Shown: positions 58,687 through 64,000 of the stretch, piece by piece
Position numbering within the stretch: position 1 is the first letter of the stretch
How the letters are laid out: each line of letters begins with the position of its first letter
Assembly (NCBI RefSeq): GCF_000143415.4
Contig: NW_003314272.1
Location: 1,088,184-1,152,183 of the forward strand
DNA: 64,000 bases
From: Selaginella moellendorffii
Lineage: Eukaryota; Plantae; Lycopodiophyta
Direction: 5' to 3'
Program-made: the position numbers and the translations under genes
The notes under the pieces: model-generated
The model's input: the letters and a program-made list of their open reading frames with translations, nothing else
Told to the model about the DNA's origin: nothing
Database searches by the model: none

Positions 58687-60617
58687 ATGGCGGCCAGCAG
58701 CAGCAGCAGCAGCGGCAGCAGCGATGGCGGCGGCGCCAGCGGCAGGCGCGCCATCACCAGCATCGTCGACGACCAGGGCGTGTACAGCTCCCGGTGTGGC
58801 TACTGCAAATCCGAGCGGATGAGCAGCGTAGCTCACGGTGAGCGAAGTATGTGTGCTGTGGCTGGTCTTGACTGGGAATTTTGCGTGCTTCTTGGCAGGA
58901 ATGGCCGCTCGCAGGCTTCACGTGAACGATTATCAAGGTATCTCTGTGATCTCTTCCTCTCGATTGGTGAAAGTTTTGTTTTATTTTTTCTTCTCCAGAG
59001 CTGCTGGATCGAGGGTGGAGACGATCTGGAAGTTTTCTCTATAAACCCGAGGGAAGGACGTGCTGTCCTCCCTACACCATTCGGCTCAAAGTGGACGCGT
59101 TCGTTCCTTCCAAGGAGCAAATCCGTGTAAGACGTCGCATGAACAGGCAAGAGCTAGAACTTTATCGGTCTTTGACGCGCACTTTTGACGATCTATCACA
59201 AGCAGGTATCTAGAAGGCGACTGCATTGGAAAAGATGATGATGCCTCCAAGGGAACTATCAGTGGAATGGAGACTGGGAAAGAAGAGGATGGAGTCTCCG
59301 CGGCCCTTGTAGATAGCTTGAAGGCAGCGATAAGGGATTGGATGGTGGATGCCGGTGTAGGCTCGGACTTCCAGGTTCCGGATGTTGGAGTTCGCAGGAT
59401 ATCGGAGAAGGTTAGAAAAAAGCTCCAGGAGGGGAGCACTTCTGAGTGGGAAGCGAGCTACACGAGCAACGCTGCGTTTTTAGTGGCATCGGCCTTGAAG
59501 AAGAGGCGCAATTTAGATGGTGGTCAGCTAGCTATGGAGGTGGTACCGGCGGACTTGGCTTCTCAGCTGGCAGCGAAGCTCTCGGCTAAACAGCTGAGCG
59601 GTGTAGTTGTGAAGGCTTGCAAGGGTCACGTCAACTTTTATCTCTCGAGCTCAGCCAAGGGGAAATCTTCTGTGGCTGCCATCCATGGCGAAACAAAAGC
59701 TGGCAATGGAGATGGAGAAGCTCCGGTACACAGGGTGAAGCGGACTTTGGAGGTGCGAATGCAAAGGTCGGCATTTGATCGTGAATCGTTTGAGCTTTAC
59801 AAGAAATACCAGGTTCTTGTCCACAACGACAAGCAGGTCCTGGAATCGTCGTATCGAAGATTTCTGGTGGATTCTCCATTACTTCCTTTTCAAAGTGCCT
59901 CCACTAGCTATGGCTCTTTCCATCAGCAGTACAGAATCGATGGACGCCTTGTTGCTGTGGGGGTTGTCGACATTCTTCCAAAGTGCCTTTCCAGCAAGTA
60001 TTTGTTTTGGGATCCCGACTTTGCGTTTCTTTCTCTGGGAAAGTTTTCGGCATTGCAGGAGATCGAGTGGGTTAAAGCTGCCGCCGAGCCATCGTTACAG
60101 TATTATTATCTCGGTTACTACATACACTCCTGTCCAAAGATGCGCTACAAGGCGGCCTACGCGCCAGCGGAGCTTCTCTGTCCTTTGACGCTAAAGTAAG
60201 CTTTCAAGTTTTACCGCATAGTAAGAAACTAATGTGTGCTTGATAGATGGATACCCTTTGGTATTGCTCGTCCACTTGTGGAAACCGGGGCCTTTGTTCG
60301 ACTTTCAGGCGAGAACAAACAAGCCGATATCACAAGCAACGGCACCGAAGCTCTCGAGCTACACGAGACTCCCAAGAACCTCGGTGAAGTTCCCATTGTT
60401 CTCTACAGCAGCGGTCGATGCATCTTACTCAAGGTATCATCTTTTTCTTTCAATTCCCATTTAGTCTCGGATGGTTTCGATACACCAGGATTTGGAACTA
60501 GCAGCTCCAAAGCGCTTCATTGAAGGACTGAAGTGGCAACTGTTGCAGTATTGGCAGCTTGTTGGGGAGGGCCTCGCATCTCGAATGGCGTACGCCATCC
60601 AGTCCAAGTTTTCCTGA
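58687..60617 (+). CDS. ATE1: Arginyl-tRNA--protein transferase (Arg/N-degron pathway)
   Basis: [21 protein letters not shown]...[33 protein letters not shown] and [18 protein letters not shown]; multiple short introns. Confidence 0.95.
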
Positions 60618-60667
60618 CTGAAAACGACTTACATGTACGGCCACTATTGTATTTTCCGATTCGATTC

Positions 60668-61979
60668 TCATAAAGCAGCACGCTTGCGAGACGAGTTCAT
60701 GTATGGCCGGATGACCCACTCGTTCTGTGCCTCGGTTTGGTCCACCGTTCCCAGCTTGATTTGATACAGCCTCAGCTCGAAGCGCGGTCCTACCTCCTTG
60801 AGCTCGATGGATTTGACGCCCCCCTGCTTTTCGTAGACGTGGTGCCTGCGAATCAAACAACGAAACGTGCTGGCTTCAGACAGGAAAAATGCGGAGATGG
60901 AATGTGCCTGAAAGAGATGTAGTCCTGCTGGTTTGCGAATGTGATTAAACGCTTCGAGTCCGGCTTCGGGACGGGGAAGAGGTATTTGAGTATGTTTGAA
61001 GTTCTCATTCCCAGCTGGAAGAGAGACAAAAAGTCAGAAACGAAAACGGATAAAGACGAAGAAAACTTGCACCTTGGTGTTGAAGTTATTGAGTATTAGA
61101 TGTGGATATGCTTCAGACATTGTTCCCAGGCCTTTCTTGTCCTTGATATCGTGCCTCGTTACCTGCATAATGGCTCATTAATCAGCTTGGTTCCTAGAAA
61201 CTTCAAGAAAAAAACTTTAAACACCACTACTCACCACATTCATGAGACCGAAATACGCAGTCGGACCATACGGGAGATGGCAGACGATCAAGCCATCCGG
61301 CTCTCCTCTGTGTTCATGAACCATGATTATGTCGGTAAAATCGTGAGCTCGACAAGATTCCACGATCTCTGCAATCACCTGTCCAAAAAAGCTTAGTTTC
61401 TACGGGGAAAAGCGTGAATGGCGAACCTGTCCTCCACGGTTCATCCTTTGCGCATTTGGAAAGACGATCTTTAGTTCCTGTAAACAACCGGCCAGAACAT
61501 TTTTCCTAGACTCATGGTAACACCTCAAGCTACCTTGACAAACTGCGTAAGTCGACTACTAGGATCGCGGGAAGTGGTCAGGAGAATTTTCGGATCAACC
61601 TCTCCAGCATAAGCGTACTCATCATCGACGTGCGTAGTAGGCTCTGAAACACGAATACACACACCCCCATTCACTAAACAATCTCGACGACGCAAAAACG
61701 TAAGAAAGAACCTGCCGTGTTGTCATCCTCGAGGTCGATTTCCTGCCTCAAAGACGCCTCATCGTTCCGCAACTCAGTCGGCAATGGCTTCCCTTCTACG
61801 AAAGCGCAAAAGAAAAAAAAGAAAAAAGAAACGCTGCTCATCTCCTCGCAAAAAGAGATTCTCGTACCTTGCAGCGCCTGCTTGATCTTGCGCTTCTTCT
61901 CGTACACCTCGCGCTCCTTGCCCTCCAAGCTCTTGCGATACAGATACTCCCGCCGGAGACGGGCATTCCGCCGGATCAT
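60668..61979 (-). CDS. IMP4: U3 snoRNP protein IMP4 (Brix domain)
   Basis: MIRRNARLRREYLYRKS, GKPLPTELR, DDEYA, KILLTTSRDPS, HEHRGEPDG, SEAYPHLI and ELKEVGPRFELRLYQIKLGT; multi-exon. Confidence 0.95.
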
Positions 61980-62495
61980 CGCCCCCAAGAGCCCTAGCAA
62001 AAGCCCTAAATCCCAGCACAGAATATTCCACACAGCATCACCGAATATTCGTAAAACGCCCTTTCGGAAAAGGTGAAAAGTAAAGTAAAGAAAAGAAAAG
62101 ATTGCCACGAAGGCAATGTGATTCATGCAACGCAGGTGGGCGCAAAAATATCAACGTGTGACATGGCGCGAGGCTGGCCATTCTCGCGCTGCCACGAAGC
62201 CCCCACCGTCCATGCTCCGCGTTGGACCCGGGGCATCTCCACGCGAATATGCTTCGCCCTCATGTCCAGTGTCGCGTTGCGCCATGCTGGGGCGTATCCC
62301 GGATTCCAGCTGGGACCCTTCGCCTCCTTCTCCACACATTGCCCCGCGCTATTGATATTTTTTTCTACCAGGCCTAGTACTTAAGCTACCACCCATTCTT
62401 CTCTCTCTCACTCCACTCTGTCTCTCTCGCTCGCTCCGCTCGAGGAGGAGGGAATCTGATCGAGAGAGCGGATAGAGGGAGAGGAGCGAGGAGCA

Positions 62496-63476
62496 ATGGC
62501 AGCAACAGTAGCCAGCACCGGCGCTGCTTCTTCCTCTTCTTCTTCGTGTCCTTCTTCTTCGAATTCCTGTACTAGAGCTCTTCCCAGATCCACCATCGTG
62601 AGGATGAGGACGAGGGCGGTCGAGTGCTGCGCGGCCTCGAGCAAATCCGCCGCTGTTGGGTCGAGCGTGCGCTGCCCAATCTCAGCTCCGGTGCCGTCCC
62701 GATTCGTCCTTCCGCCGCAGATGATCCCAATTCCGGTGGTGATCGAGGTAACGTCTCGGAAGCTATGTCTTGTTCGTTGAGTTCCGTGCTTATGTCGGTG
62801 TGCGCGGTTTGTCGGTGGTGGCTCAGGTTGATCAAGACGAGGAGGACGAGCTCACTTTCCTGGATTACGACGACGACAATGAAGGGAAGAGGAAGTCTCC
62901 TTGGCTTACGTCTCAGTACTTGAGCTTGAGGCTGCGATGTTCCTCGTAAGTTTTCTCTCTCGGCAGGCTCTTGGATTGGAGCTCACAAACGAGTGCTCTG
63001 TCTAGGTTGATGATGAAGGAAGCGAAGGATGCTCTCAGTCGCCACTTCAAGGGACGAGAGCCGACCGTCTCCGTGAACTCCATGCTCAACACCACCGCTG
63101 ACAAAGTCTCGAGTTCTTCCGCCGGTAGCAACAAGAAGGCAACCGACAAGGTAGGAGTTTTCGCGTTTGATCGATCTTTTCTCGTCAGTGCCCCTGACTG
63201 ACTTGAATTGCTCGAAAAACTTTCCAGAACCGCCACCTCCAGCTGAATCTCATCAGCGAAAGCTACCACGGGGATACCGTTAAGTTCATCACGGATGTGG
63301 TTCTTTCCGACGAGCAGGGAGGTTACTTTGGAGACCGGGCCGTCAACTCCACCGTTGCTTGAGGATCGAGCTTGGGAAAAAGCGAGAATCTTCCTCTTCT
63401 TCATCCTCATCGAAAGGATAGAACACAATGGTGGAAGCGTTTTGCTAGGCCCTGCTTCTACACTCCCATCCTGATC
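62496..63476 (+). CDS. Probable plastid-targeted protein of unknown function; exon structure uncertain
   Basis: Ser/Ala-rich transit-peptide-like start MAATVASTGAASSSS after a CT-rich leader; plausible GT-AG junctions; family not recognised. Confidence 0.4.
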
Positions 63477-64000
63477 TGATGAACACCGGAACTTGGATGA
63501 TCTGTGCGAGGATGATCTGCTGCCTGGAAACTCTATTAAAAGCTTGGATCAAGAGAAAAATACGACTTTCGAGGATACATGATCGCGGCAGAGCACAGTT
63601 GGATCGTCGTCGTCTTGCTCCGGAAAAAAAGATAGAAAAGAGAATGCTTGGCTCGAGATGGCTGTAAAATAACAAGCGGAGGAGAAGAAACCAGAGAATA
63701 GAATACTCTCTCATATCACTCTCACTTGTTAGTGTGTGTCGAGTGATTGCCCACAATGTCAGGAATAATTCGAAGGCAATCACCAACAGGAATCCGGGAT
63801 AACATCGAAAACGGTTGACAGTGCTGTTCTCGAGATCTCCGGATGAGAGAAGGGAAATGCAAAGACGAATGTTCAAAGTGGAAGTCCAATTGAGGAGTCC
63901 AGCTCCATCGCAGTTCATGGCCTGTCAGTGAAGATTCCATCCTCGTTGAGCACGGAACTGTTGCAAAACAGCCAAGAAGTTGGGAAAAGATAAGACAGAA

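Noticed and set aside
63445-63940. Minus-strand ORFs with hydrophobic stretches at the window end
   Set aside because: No recognisable family and the context is cut off by the window edge.

Overview
Compact land-plant nuclear DNA. Introns of about 50-60 nt, single-DUF26 receptor kinases and PLS-type PPR genes suggest a lycophyte, probably Selaginella (inference). Bases 1-16 kb and 57-64 kb hold ordinary genes: a CaMKII-hub-domain protein, a UGT, a PPR, tRNA-Val, a secreted DUF26 protein, a plastid membrane protein, tRNA-Glu, a clavaminate-synthase-like dioxygenase, MDAR, a PYL ABA receptor, ATE and IMP4. Bases 16-29.4 kb and 55-57.3 kb are an immune-receptor cluster: four single-DUF26 CRK loci and a disabled EDS1/PAD4-like lipase / NB-ARC / LRR / extra-domain locus split by a deleted copia element. 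Bases 34.3-54.9 kb are an LTR nest: two head-to-head non-chromovirus Ty3/gypsy copies, one carrying a full-length chromovirus and the other a solo LTR. Main findings: (1) two spliceosomal introns inside the chromovirus integrase; (2) an EDS1-like lipase in line with an NLR that has unusual C-terminal domains; (3) a slippery heptamer plus H-type pseudoknot at the gag/pol junction of both non-chromovirus copies; (4) a 71-bp-stem hairpin; (5) a metazoan-type RhoGAP exon next to an assembly gap. All family assignments rest on motif recognition, not database searches.
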